Notes under the pieces: model-generated
What the model was told of the DNA's origin: nothing
Database searches by the model: none
What the model saw: only the letters and a program-made list of their open reading frames with translations
From: Octopus vulgaris
Lineage: Eukaryota
NCBI GenBank assembly: GCA_951406725.2
Contig: OX597825.1
Coordinates: 74,648,001-74,712,000 of the forward strand
Direction: 5' to 3'
DNA length: 64,000 nucleotides
Program-made: the position numbers and the translations under genes
Part shown: positions 13,851 to 27,727 of the stretch, piece after piece
Layout of the letters: every line of letters starts with the position of its first letter
Numbering within the stretch: position 1 is the stretch's first letter

Positions 13851-15230
13851 AATTATTTTTTTTACTTAGCTAATAATAGGTAATAAAATTTCTGAAACAT
13901 AGGCACAACTGCATATAGAACAAGAGGAACTAGAATATGTTTATCTTCTATTGAGGTAGGTACAAAGTCATAAATATTAGAGGAGGAAGAGGAAGACCAG
14001 GTGGTGGTGAAAGAGGAAGAGGCAGTCGACGAGGAGGAGGACGATGAGGAGGAGAAAAAACGAGTGGAGACTAATTAAACGTTGTATAAAACTCAGTAAT
14101 TGTCTAGCTGTTCCCAAGCTAACAAGGGAAAGAGAGTTTAGTGGATAGATTCTCTACAAATAGCAGCCAAAGCTTCCACAAAACCATGCTCCATTGTCTT
14201 AAAAATAAATTCCAAATTGTACTTTACAGTGGCAAGAAACTCTCAAGAGAGCTGAACAGCACAACGTCTTCAGAGAAGAAACCCTTCTCAGGGAAGTGTT
14301 TCGGCCCTTAACTTCTTACATTTTCAGGGGACGGGTCGCATTCAGGTCATCACTACAGATTGCCCTTCTGCTGACACTCTTTAGCCAATTGGATATTGCA
14401 GACTTGTGCGTTTAAACTGTTTGGAGATTTTATAGAGTTGTAACTCTTCTCAAGTTAACTCAGCTTTCAAACTTATTACACTTAAAGAAGAAATAAACGT
14501 TAGTTGTCATGGAAGCGGTGAAACGTCAACGCTATCATAATGACACACTTAGAGTTACTTCCCTTGGCATTAAAATACAAAAAATATCGCCTTCAACCGA
14601 TATGGGAGTCGTTTTTGTTCGTCCCCGAAAAAAAGACCTCAATACACTACATAAGGAAAAACAAACGTGATAGTCTCTGAATGGCTAGAGAACTTCTGAT
14701 CAATGGCCTATTGTGTAAGAATTGAACTTATGCTAAACAAAATCGGGAACAACTAGGTATAGGTCTTTTGCAACACTTTTACACAAGTTCTGGCAACACT
14801 GCAGGTGTGTATCAAGATTATATTAAATATCAAAAAAATAATTATACTTCGATAAAAATTCATAGCTTGTAAGTAGTCATGCGCATAAATTTAAATAGTT
14901 GTTAGCAAGAATTAAATTTTGGGGAATAGCCCTTTAAAATGAATAAATTTACAATAATTACCATTTTCTTTCGTCTTCAAGGCAGGAAACCTAAATATTC
15001 TTTACTTACTTTTCTTCTTTTCAATTTAGATCTAAATTCATTTTCTGGATGTTGCGGGTCGAAGCTTATACCACGTGACGATTTCCTTCCTGTACCTACC
15101 TTTGCTGATAGGAGAGCTCCCGGCGAACTTCTCCATGTGGAAATCGAGTTCTGAACAATAATTGCATCGTATATTTTTAAAGTAAATCAATATTTACTTG
15201 CAAAAATATGTTTTGTAATACATAGAATCG

Positions 15231-15318
<88 letters not shown>

Positions 15319-15694
15319 GCATGTGTATGTGTATGTGAGTGTGTGTGTGTAAGTATGCATGTTTATACTATCATATATGTAAATATATATATGTAATATA
15401 TAACCGCTATAATAAGCGTAAACATATCTGTATATAAATGCCTAAACGTTTAATATATATTTATAATTAATGTTCATATATACATGCATAGATTTAAATA
15501 CATAATCACTCATAATTACTCATACACGTATGCAAACGCCATACGTTTGCGTGGCAGCTTATATTCTACATGTGTGTGTGTGTTTCTCTGTGTGTGTGTG
15601 TACAGGAGAACGTGTGTGCGCGCGCGTGCGTGTGTGGTGTATATATATATATATATATATATACGTGCGCTTGTGTATGTACGTGTATATGTAT

Positions 15695-15728
<34 letters not shown>

Positions 15729-16020
15729 ATACATATATATACATATATATATGTACAGATATATATGCATCAATATATATATATATATATGCGTGTGTGT
15801 GAGTGTTTGTGTGTGTACGTGTGTATGTATGCATTTATTTATATAAGCATATATGAATAATATGTGTAAACAAAGGTATATATATATATAAATGCCGTCT
15901 CAGTGGTTATAGGCACATCCGTATCCGTGTATACATATACACATGTATATATCCATAAGTATGTACACATATAAATATATACACACATGTATATATCCAT
16001 AAGTGTATACATATATATAT

Positions 16021-16118
<98 letters not shown>

Positions 16119-16852
16119 CGTGTCGTCTAAATGGATGTAGATAAACATCAACTTAAAAGTTAATGAAAATGTATTTTGTGTTCGTTTTTAATTTATGGTC
16201 TGCCGTGTCAAGTTAATGAAAAATAAAAATCTATGAATATAAACGTTAATAAAACTTACTTTCAGATATTGAATTTTTCTCCATACCTCCACATATGTAT
16301 ACACACACACAAACACATACACAAAATCACACACGCACACACACACACAAATACACACGCACGCACACGCATATACACACATGTACTTACATTACAGCTT
16401 AATTTCTTTTAAATGGTACTTACATCGGTATTTTCATTTTCATATCGACTAAGAACGAATAGAGTCTCCGTTGCTATTTTTGAGACGTTATATTGCATGA
16501 CCTCCAACTATCCCACCTCCCTCGCGGCCATTGCCGTCGTCACCACCAAATTTTGCTATTGGTAGTTTCTCATACTTACAGTTCCTTATGTAATGTAAAA
16601 TATATAATACCATATTGCGTATTAGGAGCTGTTTTCATATTTCGTTATAAATTTCATCCTTTAATGTATATTCTCTTTGTTTTTTGCTTTTATTTGGTGG
16701 GGGTCTTTTTCTTAGACATTTGTAATGTCTAGAATCCCCACCTGAGACGTATGAACGTTCTTTTTACTTTCGTTTTCTCTAATGTACAGGATCACTTGAC
16801 AAAGAAATAATATATATACGCGCATAGAGACAGATACACACAAATAGCTAGC

Positions 16853-16856
16853 TAGC

Positions 16857-16945
<89 letters not shown>

Positions 16946-16955
16946 GAATAGATGA

Positions 16956-17024
<69 letters not shown>

Positions 17025-17112
17025 CAAATAGACCGACAGGCACACTGATACATACATACATACATACACACATACATACACACACACACACACACATACA
17101 TACATACATACA

Positions 17113-17140
<28 letters not shown>
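16853..17140. repeat. (GATA)n plus (CATA)n/(CA)n compound microsatellite
   Basis: Direct reading. Confidence 0.95.
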
Positions 17141-17143
<3 letters not shown>

Positions 17144-17212
17144 CGCTTATCTTTTACTTGTTTCAGACATTCTGTTGCGGCCATTCTGATATACTACCAT
17201 TCTGATATACTA

Positions 17213-17340
17213 AGACAGAGGCAGATGAGGGAACAACAGACAAGATGGGTTAATTTGAGCTCAGGAAAAATGAAGAAGTCTCTGACGATTCGATCCTATG
17301 CTCTTCGACAGAAAATTGTTACTAAATCAAACAAGACTAG
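17213..17340 (-). mobile_element. Decayed PLE-type terminal fragment with a mutated hammerhead motif
   Basis: Minus strand tttCTGTCGA-A-GAGC-ata-GGATC-GAAT-CGTC-aga, resembling the intact motif at 47669-47703 and its downstream sequence. Confidence 0.5.
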
Positions 17341-17370
17341 CAAAAGAAGACATGAAGTTGAAAATGCATA

Positions 17371-17441
17371 TGGCGTAGTGGTTAAGAGCGCGGACTACTA
17401 ACCCTAAGATTCCGAGTTCGATTCCAGGCAGAGACCTGAAT

Positions 17442-17531
<90 letters not shown>

Positions 17532-17765
17532 AAGAAGAAGAAGAAGAAGAAGAAGAAGAAGAAGAAGAAGAAGAAGAAGAAGAAGAAGAAGAAGAAGAAG
17601 AAGAAGAAGAAGAAGAAACAACATCAAAAAATACCTTAGGAATGAGAACCCAGGTTCGAAATTTCCCCAAGACACCTGATGAAGGCTGGAGAGTATATCG
17701 GCCGAAACTTTGTGTTAACAACAAACAAGACAAGGACAAATACCCGTCAATTGTAAATAATGTAA
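17371..17765 (+). mobile_element. tRNA-headed short element with internal (AAT)n(AAG)n and a hammerhead-bearing tail
   Basis: A box TGGCGTAGTGG at 17371-17381, B box GAGTTCGATTCC at 17414-17425; hammerhead fold at 17671-17716. Confidence 0.7.
17671..17716 (+). ncRNA. Minimal type I hammerhead ribozyme motif
   Basis: Stem I GACAC/GTGTT, core CTGATGA, stem II GGCTGG/TCGGCC, GAAA, then CTTT (one change from the palindromic ACGT stem III). Confidence 0.7.
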
Positions 17766-18364
17766 ATTCTACTTAGTTTTAATAATATTTTCTGTCCATT
17801 TTCAACTTCATTCCTAACGTGAGTGTGTGTGTGTGTACGTGTGTGTGCGTGCGCAACGAAATCAGACGAAATATCTTAAATTATATTGTTCTAAAGATAA
17901 TGTTGAAGACATTTGTAGTATAGTCATAGAGTGAAAGTAATTTTGTCGAGAAATAGAGAGGACCAATGATAGTAGTCTCACGTAGTCCGAGAAAGACGGT
18001 TCTGCAATTTCTTGCTGAACCTGCGCGCCGGTGTGCATACACACGCACACAACAAGGTCTGAAGCAAACAAACGCGGTCTCCGTAACGGACTAAGTCGAA
18101 AGTCATTGAAAAGTTTGCGAGTAACAACAAGAGAGGTTTGACAAAAACAAGACAAATGACTTACTGTTTAACCAAATTAAACAAACAATTTATTAGTAAG
18201 TTGGATATTTTTAACCAATTGACTAATATTAAAAGAGTTTATTTCAACACACGAATTAACATAATGAATCTTGCAAACCAGATACAAAAACGACTCTGCA
18301 CAAACTATCTATTATCTGGTTTATTATCTAACATGTAATGTGCCATACATTAGCTCTCTTCCTC

Positions 18365-18550
18365 CATCAAATCGACGTTGCTTGAACCGGTGAACGGCTT
18401 GCCACACGTCAGATGTCGAAGTGATCGTAAAAACAACATGAGATGAAGTGTTTTGCTCAATAACACAGTGCACCACCCTGTCCAGGAATTGAACCCACGA
18501 TCTTGCAATCGTTAGTGCGACTCCTTAATCACTAAGTCATTCACCTTTAC
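18365..18550 (-). mobile_element. Degenerate SINE type C
   Basis: GAAGTGTTTTGCTCAA..AATTGAACCCACGATC..CCTTAATCACTAAG matches the C body and head. Confidence 0.7.
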
Positions 18551-18973
18551 ATGATGACCAATACCGTATGTTATATGCCATGAAGGATATGAATTTAACA
18601 TTCAACACCATCGGTGTAATGAGAATTAATTGCATCAAATTCACCAAACGAAACCCCTATGTTGCTAAGAAATTAAAGATTTCTGAAATCCTGTTTAAAC
18701 GGAGTTAAATACTGAAAATTGGGCATTACTGTGCGGCATCAAAACATTGTAGAACGAAATGTTCCTCCTGCAATCACAAAACACACTGGAAAATTCAAGG
18801 ATTAAATTCACAATTTGTGGCTGTATTATGTAAGTTTTGCCAAGATATCTCAATATGCACAATGTTGAGTCAGCATTTAAAAGAGTCCGCTTATATCTGT
18901 CATTCAAACATTCACGATTTCAAGGGTATCGACTTTGTTGTAGTGTTATATAATCATCATGACTACAGAACCA

Positions 18974-19190
<217 letters not shown>

Positions 19191-19915
19191 GAGAAACAGA
19201 GCAGCAGAAAGGGAGATCATAACTGAATGTTGAACAAGCGTTTGTAAAAATGTCGGTGATTGAAGACTTGCCAATCACTTTGGCGGACGTAACACTCTGG
19301 CTATTATCTGACATGTAAGATCGTGTGATTTATACCATAGATCTAAAATTTCATGCGCATAATAACTATGTAGATATTAAAGATAGTGGAGTGGCAGAAT
19401 CGTTAGAGCGTCGAACAAACCGCTTTGTGCGTATTTAGTTACAGTTCTTTGCATTCAGAGCTCATGCACCATTGAGGTCCGCTTATATCATTGTGGTTAT
19501 GCAAATCGGTCTAACTTATTTAGGAAAATCATGATATATATCGACGTAAATATCTGTTGACCATAAATCTCTCTTTCCCCAGTAATACAAAGTAGGGTGC
19601 CCAGTCACAGATAAAGGTCGTAGTCAGCCCACCCCTACTTTTTCTCTGTCCACAGAGAGACCAAAAGTTATTTGTTTACATTTGTCCACAGTTATTAGAT
19701 AATACATCAGAGCGAGGCTTGAAATTTGCAAAGTTTTTCATCCGACATTCCTTTCTATATATTTCGCTTTGGCAACAAACTTTGTTTAGTGACTCATTAA
19801 GTGTGTATATATATGTGTGTGTGAACGCGCGCGCGTGTGTGTGTATGTGCATTCTCGAGTATGTATGTATTTACATAGTTCTCCTTCCTGTCCCTCACTA
19901 TACATACATACATGC

Positions 19916-19969
<54 letters not shown>

Positions 19970-19970
19970 C

Positions 19971-20057
<87 letters not shown>

Positions 20058-20059
20058 TA

Positions 20060-20172
<113 letters not shown>

Positions 20173-20639
20173 ATATATATATATAACCTGTAAGTAGCAA
20201 CTATTTTGTTGTCAATAATTTTTCTTTCTTTCATTTGATTGAGTAAGTATCATGATGTCGGTTTTTCAATCACCAATATTACTTAATCAATTCAGCCATT
20301 GGAACGAGAACCAATACAATACTGTCCTTCAGGCATCGTTTCATGATAATCGATATTCTTTCCTGTTTTACTTTTGATTCAGCAATATATTTCGATCAGT
20401 CTCCTAGAGAATATTTCAATCGGTTAAAAGGTAATTAATATTTATACGCTTCGAATAGCACACTAGTAACGTTAGCTTCTCTGCCGTTTCCAAAACATTT
20501 AAATATATGAATAAAAATTATATATTTTATATTTCATTGAGGTAAACAGACATATTTAGACGTGTGTGAGTATATATTTTTCCTTTGGTGTATCTCTAGA
20601 AGTTGTGTTCTACTTCTGTTGATCTCATCAAAATGGCGG

Positions 20640-21170
20640 CTCTAATTCTAATTGAAAGAAGTCTTCTTACACACTTCCTTTCATGTCCATCAATCCTAGT
20701 GATCCCTTTCCGTTTGAACCTTTAGTTTTTTCCCTAACATAATACTCTTTTCTACTCCACTTGACCTCATTACCTAACGAGAAATTTTTCATCTTTCTTT
20801 GACAATCAGTGGCTTACTTTGATTCACTATTGATCTTCTTTCTGTCCACGATATTCTCAATAATCTTTTCCAGCACCATATTTCAAATTCATCAATTTCT
20901 CTTCTTTCTTGTTTGTTAATCGCCTAGCTTTCGCATCCGCGCATCATTACTGGATATACCATTGATTTTTAACAACTTCGTCTTTGTTCTTTTTGATACT
21001 CGTTTATATTTCATGATGTTCCGTAGTCCCATTATGATACCCTTTCCATGAGCTGTCCCTTTGTAATTTTATCTGAGGATCTTTCATTTCTTTCAGCTTT
21101 GAATCCCACAATCCATAAAGAAACGAAATTCATACACTATTTTCACTATCTTCCCTCTAATCTTAAATTA
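20640..21170 (-). pseudogene. RTE-clade (BovB-like) LINE C-terminal fragment
   Basis: Minus-strand translation VYPVMMRGCES*AINKQERREIDEFEIWCWKRLLRISWTERRS matches the RTE/BovB motif VFPVVMYGCESWT..IDAFELWCWRRLLRVPWTARRSN. Confidence 0.8.
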
Positions 21171-21955
21171 CCTTTAATTTGAAATTGCCATAACAGCTTG
21201 ATGACAGCAGGAAGAAAAAACTATCCAACATGAAACGTGAGAATGTGACACTTGACTTGAAATAAATGTTGGTTGTCGACTCGCATTTCGTGTAACCATC
21301 ATTTGCTCTGAAATTACAGAGGTAATTCATCCCTTTCATAGAGTCGTACGTCGATGAAATCATACAACAGTTTAACAATAACGAGGCCACCTCTAAGACA
21401 CTGTTGGCTCGTCAACAAGCGGCGCAGTTGCGAAAATTTGGGAGAATGGGGACTCCTCCGGCCTATTCTAGACATTCTTTCTGCCGTGAAGAACAAAGGA
21501 GATGAGGAAGCAGTTGTAATACCATAGAAACGAGTGATACCGAAAACACTGCGTTGTGAGGTCCGAAACTAGAGATTTGACGTAGGCCATAAAGAGAAAT
21601 AGCGTCGCGGCACAAAAAGGATCAACACATTTTATAATGAAAAGCGTTTGTGAGGCACGAGTAGAAGCCTTGAAACTAACAAAGAACAAAAGTGACAAGC
21701 TGACTAGAGGTCACAAACAAAGCAAATTCCAAACGAGAATATCCTTTTCCTATATTGCATTTTTTCGTACAAATTTAAAATTACATGTGCATGCACATGC
21801 ATATACACATCATTGGATGGATGGTTGTTGAATCATTTGAGTTTTTACAGGTTTAAATTTCCTCTTCCATAATGTTAAAAACTCAGCATCCTCACAAAGC
21901 AAGCATGTTAGTGTTAGTTTAGCCACTCTCTCTGTCTCTTTCCTTCTGTCTTTAC

Positions 21956-22021
<66 letters not shown>

Positions 22022-22176
22022 CAAATATATACGTTTTTATTATTATTTTGCAATTTATTTAATCATCGGTATATTATTGTTATTTCAATTTTAATATTTC
22101 TATTATATGTAATTTTCTAGATGGTGTAATTTAATTGTTCGTTTTGAATTGATAAAAGGTGTTTTTTCTAATTTTT

Positions 22177-22232
<56 letters not shown>

Positions 22233-22518
22233 GTCCTCAGATTGCACTATCCTCATGTTGACACCCAAACACTCTGAAATATTCATATTTTAGCTTCCGG
22301 CGCGAATGCCAGGCAATGCAGCATGTCGTTTCCAAATTTCTGGTATAGTGAATTGCGGCATGGTGGTGTTTTTCTCAAAGACGGTGCCCAACTGACCTTA
22401 CTATACTGTGTAATCGATAAAATCAAAAACAACCAATGCGCATGCACGGAATAAAAAATGTAACATTATGAAAATTTACCCATCGCTATATATACACGCA
22501 CACACACACATATATATA

Positions 22519-22574
<56 letters not shown>

Positions 22575-22674
22575 GTGCGTGTGTGTGTGTATGTGTATAT
22601 ATATATATGTATGTATGTATATGTATATATGTATATGTATATATATATATACATATACATATACATATACATAC

Positions 22675-22776
<102 letters not shown>

Positions 22777-23591
22777 ATGTGTGTGTATGTATATATACAT
22801 ACTATCCCCACAGGCCTTCATGTGGATTGAAAATAAGAGCTAATGAGAAAATTATCACTTAATCCCTCGTTACCCTATAATTTACAACCAACTAAATCTC
22901 TCTTGAATTACACCCTCACTGCGAAAAATATAAAGAAAGGATACATTCGATGATATAATCGTAGACATCACAAAAATAACCGGATGGTCACAGCTAGTAT
23001 GCCTTGATCGTTGCTGTGCTTAGCCAGGGCTTATCTAGTGCCAAATAACAATAAGAACAACAAAAGGCAACAGTCTTCATCACACTGATTCAGTATGCAC
23101 ATCGAGTCAAGATGAAAAGGAAGAAAGTTTTCAGTGAAAATAATGGAAGAATGTTGTAACATCTAATATAGTTCATAATGGAAGAGACGTACTTTTCTTA
23201 GTGACTGCCTCATTTTACCGAAATCCTGCTACCCTTAACTAGAAATCTTAATTAAGGAAAGTATATTAAGAAATAAACTCGTTCTGACTAAAGGCAAATT
23301 CGGATGGCGTATAGACGCGTTCGTTAAGAAAGCTTGATTGGATAGCAACACGAAAAATAAAACAAAATTAAGTCAAGATATGAATACAATTTAGAAGTGT
23401 TCTGTTTGGTATGGAAATTAGGGGAGTGTTGAAAGAAATTTCTAGCATACGAATGTAATGTTCATATCGCATTTGCCATCAAGTGAGATGTTTTTACACG
23501 TTAATACAGTGTAAAACTTAATCATCTTCACGAGTAGAAACGGAGAAACTGTGAAACAGAGGCACAGGTGTGCCGGTATAGTTGTGTTTAA

Positions 23592-23825
23592 GAAGGCGAC
23601 GAGCTGGCAGAATCGTTAGCACACCGAGCGAAATGCTTTGCAGTATTTCGTCTGCCGTTACATTGGGAGTTCAAATTCCGCCGAGGTCGACTTTGCCTTT
23701 CATCCTTTCGGGGTCGATAAATTAAGTACCAGTTACGCACTGGAGTCGATGTAATCGACTTAATAACTATGTCTGTCCTTGTTTGTCCCCTCTGTGTTTA
23801 GCCCCTTGTGGGTAATAAAGAAATA
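23592..23825 (+). mobile_element. SINE type D, full length, inserted in a decayed SINE A head
   Basis: 17-bp TSD GGTATAGTTGTGTTTAA at 23575-23591 and 23826-23842; head GGCGACGAGCTGGCAGAATCGTTAGC. Confidence 0.92.
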
Positions 23826-24169
23826 GGTATAGTTGTGTTTAAAACGTTCCTTTGATAACCACGTGTTTCTTGGTTCTATCCCACCGTGCAGTACCTTAGA
23901 TATGTATCTTTTACCCTAATTTTTGATGGGGCAATACCTTTTAAATGCGATTTCTTGGACTGGACTATGCAGAAGACCCTCGTGGAAGTGTAGGCGCAGA
24001 AATGGTTGTGTAGTCAGTAGTTTGCTTCCCAAACATATTTAGTTGCCTAAAGCTTCACAGAAGCAAACTGGACTTCGCTTTCTGTTCACCTGACAGCTTC
24101 CGGTATAGTCCACACACACACTCACAGACACACACACACACACACACACACGCGCGCACACAAAAGCAC

Positions 24170-24330
24170 ATGTGGTTTCCGTCCACCAATTTCATCCAGA
24201 AGGCATTAGATTGGTCGGCTCGGATCTATAGCAGAAGACTCTCACCAAAGGCTGAGGTGTAGTGGAATTGATCCCGAAAGCATGTAATTACCAAGTGACC
24301 TTATTAACTACAAAACTAGGCCTGCGCCTG
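24170..24330 (-). mobile_element. Degenerate SINE type A 5' half
   Basis: TTTCCGTCCACCAA..TTGGTCGGCTCGG..CTATAGCAGAAGAC resembles family A. Confidence 0.65.
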
Positions 24331-24749
24331 TGGAAATATTTCTGATAATAAATTGTATCGTTGCTACGCTTACTACGTATGAAGTTCGGTAACTAAAAAA
24401 TATGACGAGGTAAATAACCTACAGACTGCAATTGCTTGCCACAATAACTCAGTGAATTAACGATTTACAGACATGTTAATTCTAAACGATTTAGAAAGCC
24501 AAATAGAAAAATAAAAGATTTAACGCTTGTCAAGGAGAAATCATTTGTTATTAGCCGAAATGAAGAAATTTTGAAAAAACAATTTTTTTTTCTTTCTTGT
24601 TAAAAAATTATTAAGAATAACATACTGTGAAGGAATAAAATGATACACGTTTCGTGATGAGGCTGAATGTGAACTTACTAAAAAAGCGAAATAACTAGAT
24701 CGAGCCAATCTTCTTTCTATATCACTCAGTAATTCTATCTCGGGTCCAA

Positions 24750-24960
24750 GGATTCATAGAACCGGTTGCCTGGTTGTTATGACGTATAAGTGACCGAGAC
24801 TAGAATTCCTTCTGATAATAAAACTAGGATGTTACAGGGTTAATTATGTACAGCTGACTTAACTGGAGCAACGGGAAATGAAGTATTTTGCTTAAGATCA
24901 CATGATCGAAACTACGATACTACGGAAAGTGAACGCAACGCCCTAACCACTATGCCACAC
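24750..24960 (-). mobile_element. Degenerate SINE type C
   Basis: AACTGGAGCAACGGGAAATGAAGT..CCCTAACCACTATGCCAC. Confidence 0.6.
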
Positions 24961-25414
24961 ATTGTACATTCTGCATTACTAATGTTTGATTTTAAAGTAT
25001 GCAATAAAATCCTTTAAAAGTGGATCTGCTTTTAAAGGATTATCATCAACTATTTAAATCGATCAGTCATTTAGTACTGTTCTTTTGAACCGAATTAAAA
25101 ATTAGATTACAGAACACGTGTATGCTGTATGTTGTCGTTTTAATACCCGAAACTTTTTATGTAAATTGTTTCTCTCAAAACTCATCTGTTCTGCACGCTG
25201 GTGAACCTGGATTTAATGATGTTTCTGATTATAGAAGTACTCAGGGTATTTGGCATTTAGCTTTAAAGAATCTCTGAGAGTTAGAATATTTTAGAAAAAT
25301 TTATTGCTTAAAGGTTTGATAGCGCTGTTGTTATAGCAAACAAACTTAATGGCATCCATGTAAAATTTAGAGACTACCATAGTAAATTTTACTCAACTGT
25401 TATTTTAAAACTGG

Positions 25415-25667
25415 AATTCCGTCGGTTACGACGGCGAGGGCTCCAGTTGAACCAATCAACGGAACTGCCTACTCGTGAAATTAACTTGCAAGTGACTGAG
25501 CACTCCACAGACATGCGTACCCTTGACGCAGTTCTGAGGGAGATTCAGCGTGACACAGAATGTAACAAGACTGATCCTTTGAAATACAATACAGGTACAA
25601 CTCTCTTGTGCCAGTTGAGTGGACTAGAGCAACGTGAAATAAAGTGTCTTGCTCAAGGACACAAGGC
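25415..25667 (-). mobile_element. SINE type C body with tail 1, head missing
   Basis: Matches 38010-38330; abuts the truncated mariner directly. Confidence 0.85.
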
Positions 25668-26778
25668 GCGACTGGTTTTCGGGTGCGTCAAAAGCGGAAG
25701 AACTTCCCTGGGAGACGACGATGAGTAAACTGGAAGACCTGTCACGAGAATCACTCCTGGAAATGAGGAGAAAAATCATCAGTTTGTGCATGGGGATCAC
25801 CGGACGACAATCAATGACATTGCTGATGTTGTTGGCCTGTCGTCGTGTGGATCCGTGCAGGCAATTCTAATATCTGAATTGAACATGCGACGTGTCTTTG
25901 CCAAGTTTGTCCCCCACCTGCTGACCGCTGAGCAAGAAGAACATTGTGTCGAAGTCTGTCGAGATTTCCGTCAGCGTGTCGCTGATGACACATCTTTCAT
26001 GTCGAGGATCATCACTGTTGACGAGAGTTGGGTCTACAGGTTCGATCCTGAGACGAAGCAACAGTCATCACAATGGGAAAGCCCTTCATCTCCACGACAG
26101 AGCCGCAGCTCAATCAAGGGCATACTCATGGGTTTTTTTCGATATATATGATGTTGTGCATCGAGTATTCGTTCCCCAGAGCCAGGCTGTCGATCAAAAG
26201 GTTTTACTGCGACATTTTGGAGCGTTCGAGGGAGGACATTCGGCGAAGGCGACCGGATCTGTAGAGCGCAAAGAATTGGATTCTTCACAACGACATTGCA
26301 CCCTATCATTGAGCTTTCTCACGCGTGAGTTTCTTACCAAAAATAACGTGGCACCGCTTCCGCAACCGCCCTATTCGCCCTTCATTGCTTTCTCATTTGT
26401 CCGACATTAAGCAATATACGTGGATATTGCAAACATCTGATCGATTAGATACATTCTTCCGTGCTTATGAAACACTTCATAATAGCAATGGGAGTCATTT
26501 ATGTCTGCGGACTTTTATCTCTTTCCCAAGATGAAAATGCATCTGAAAGGTCGCCGTTTTAGCACTGTTGTCAGGATCAAGAGCGAATCGCAGAAGGTCC
26601 GCGATTCATTCACGGAAAATGACTTCCAAGCTGGATTCCAAAAGTGGCAACAACGCTGGGACCGGTGTATTGCCGTGCAAGGGGTCTATTTCGAAGGAGA
26701 TAGTATTAAAACTTAGGTGCATAAGTTATTTTTTCATTAAACATAACTAGTCCGGGAATTGTTTCACACCACATCGTA
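25668..26778 (+). pseudogene. Mariner transposase pseudogene (irritans-like, inferred), 5'-truncated, with right TIR
   Basis: KSGRTSL.DD, AKFVPHLLT, IITVDESWVY.FDPETKQQSSQW, WILHNDIAP.H, PPYSP, ADFYLFPKMK..LKGRRF, RWDRCIA.QG.YFEGD; stops and frameshifts; end TAGTCCGGGAATTGTTTCACACCACATCGTA. Confidence 0.93.
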
Positions 26779-27139
26779 TTTGTGCAATAAAACTTTCACC
26801 TATAAACGTTTCTAGCGTTAATAACTAAAGTTTTAATCCTTTTGTTACCGTATTTGATATGTACAGCTTTTGTTTCAATAAATTTTGAAAATAATAAAGA
26901 ATTTAGCGGTCATTATTAAGTTGATGCTTCGAAGGAATTTACAGAAAATGATTAATGAAAGCTTTAATTGAAATAGCTTTAAAACTTAAACTTTCCCTCA
27001 TAGAACCAGGGGCAGTCTTAGTTGGATTGATACCAAAAAAGGACAATGCGTGGAAAATTAATTGAAAATATTTAAATACGAAAAGGAATTTGAGCCTCCG
27101 GTATACGCAGTTAAGATAGTATCTAATTAAAATAGCCAA

Positions 27140-27140
<1 letters not shown>

Positions 27141-27198
<58 letters not shown>

Positions 27199-27207
27199 TG
27201 TGTGTGC

Positions 27208-27262
<55 letters not shown>

Positions 27263-27272
27263 AGCGTGTGTA
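27141..27272. repeat. (TG)n microsatellite
   Basis: Direct reading. Confidence 0.95.
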
Positions 27273-27727
27273 TCATACTTAATGTATAATCGACAGTGCG
27301 TATACATTGAATATGAAACATAGATGGCTATTTTAATGAAATACTGCCTCGATTGCATACACCGGATTTTTATTCAGCCAGGCAGAAATTAACAACGCTG
27401 ATCAATGTTTTATTCACTGTTTCTGATAATAACGACGATGAATTTTCTTCCGAACACGTAGTTGGCTGCGAGTACGCACCACCAAGAAGTCCCAAGAAAG
27501 GCCTAAATCCATCTGGTGCTCTTGCTGGCCGCTGCTGGAACGAATCTTCGTCCTTCCCTTTGATATTTATTATATTTTTAACTCAGTACTTTCATCAGAT
27601 GTTATCTCAGGATAATTCCTGCAATGAATTTATCGACAGTGAGTATACATCAAGTATGATACATGGACTTATTTTATTCATATCCTGTAACTGTTTCTAT
27701 ATGATATAATAGAGGTAAGGGGACGGA

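Noticed and set aside
13978-14075. Acidic Glu/Asp-rich coding exon
   Set aside because: Degenerate (GAG)n low-complexity run ending in a stop codon, without splice support
17920-18140. CpG-richer promoter or exon (CCAAT at about 17963; 97-aa minus ORF)
   Set aside because: No recognisable protein, weak splice signals and no supporting context
21370-21640. Second mariner catalytic-domain relic
   Set aside because: Only faint HDNARPH/PAYS-like words that need several indels; not supportable without alignment
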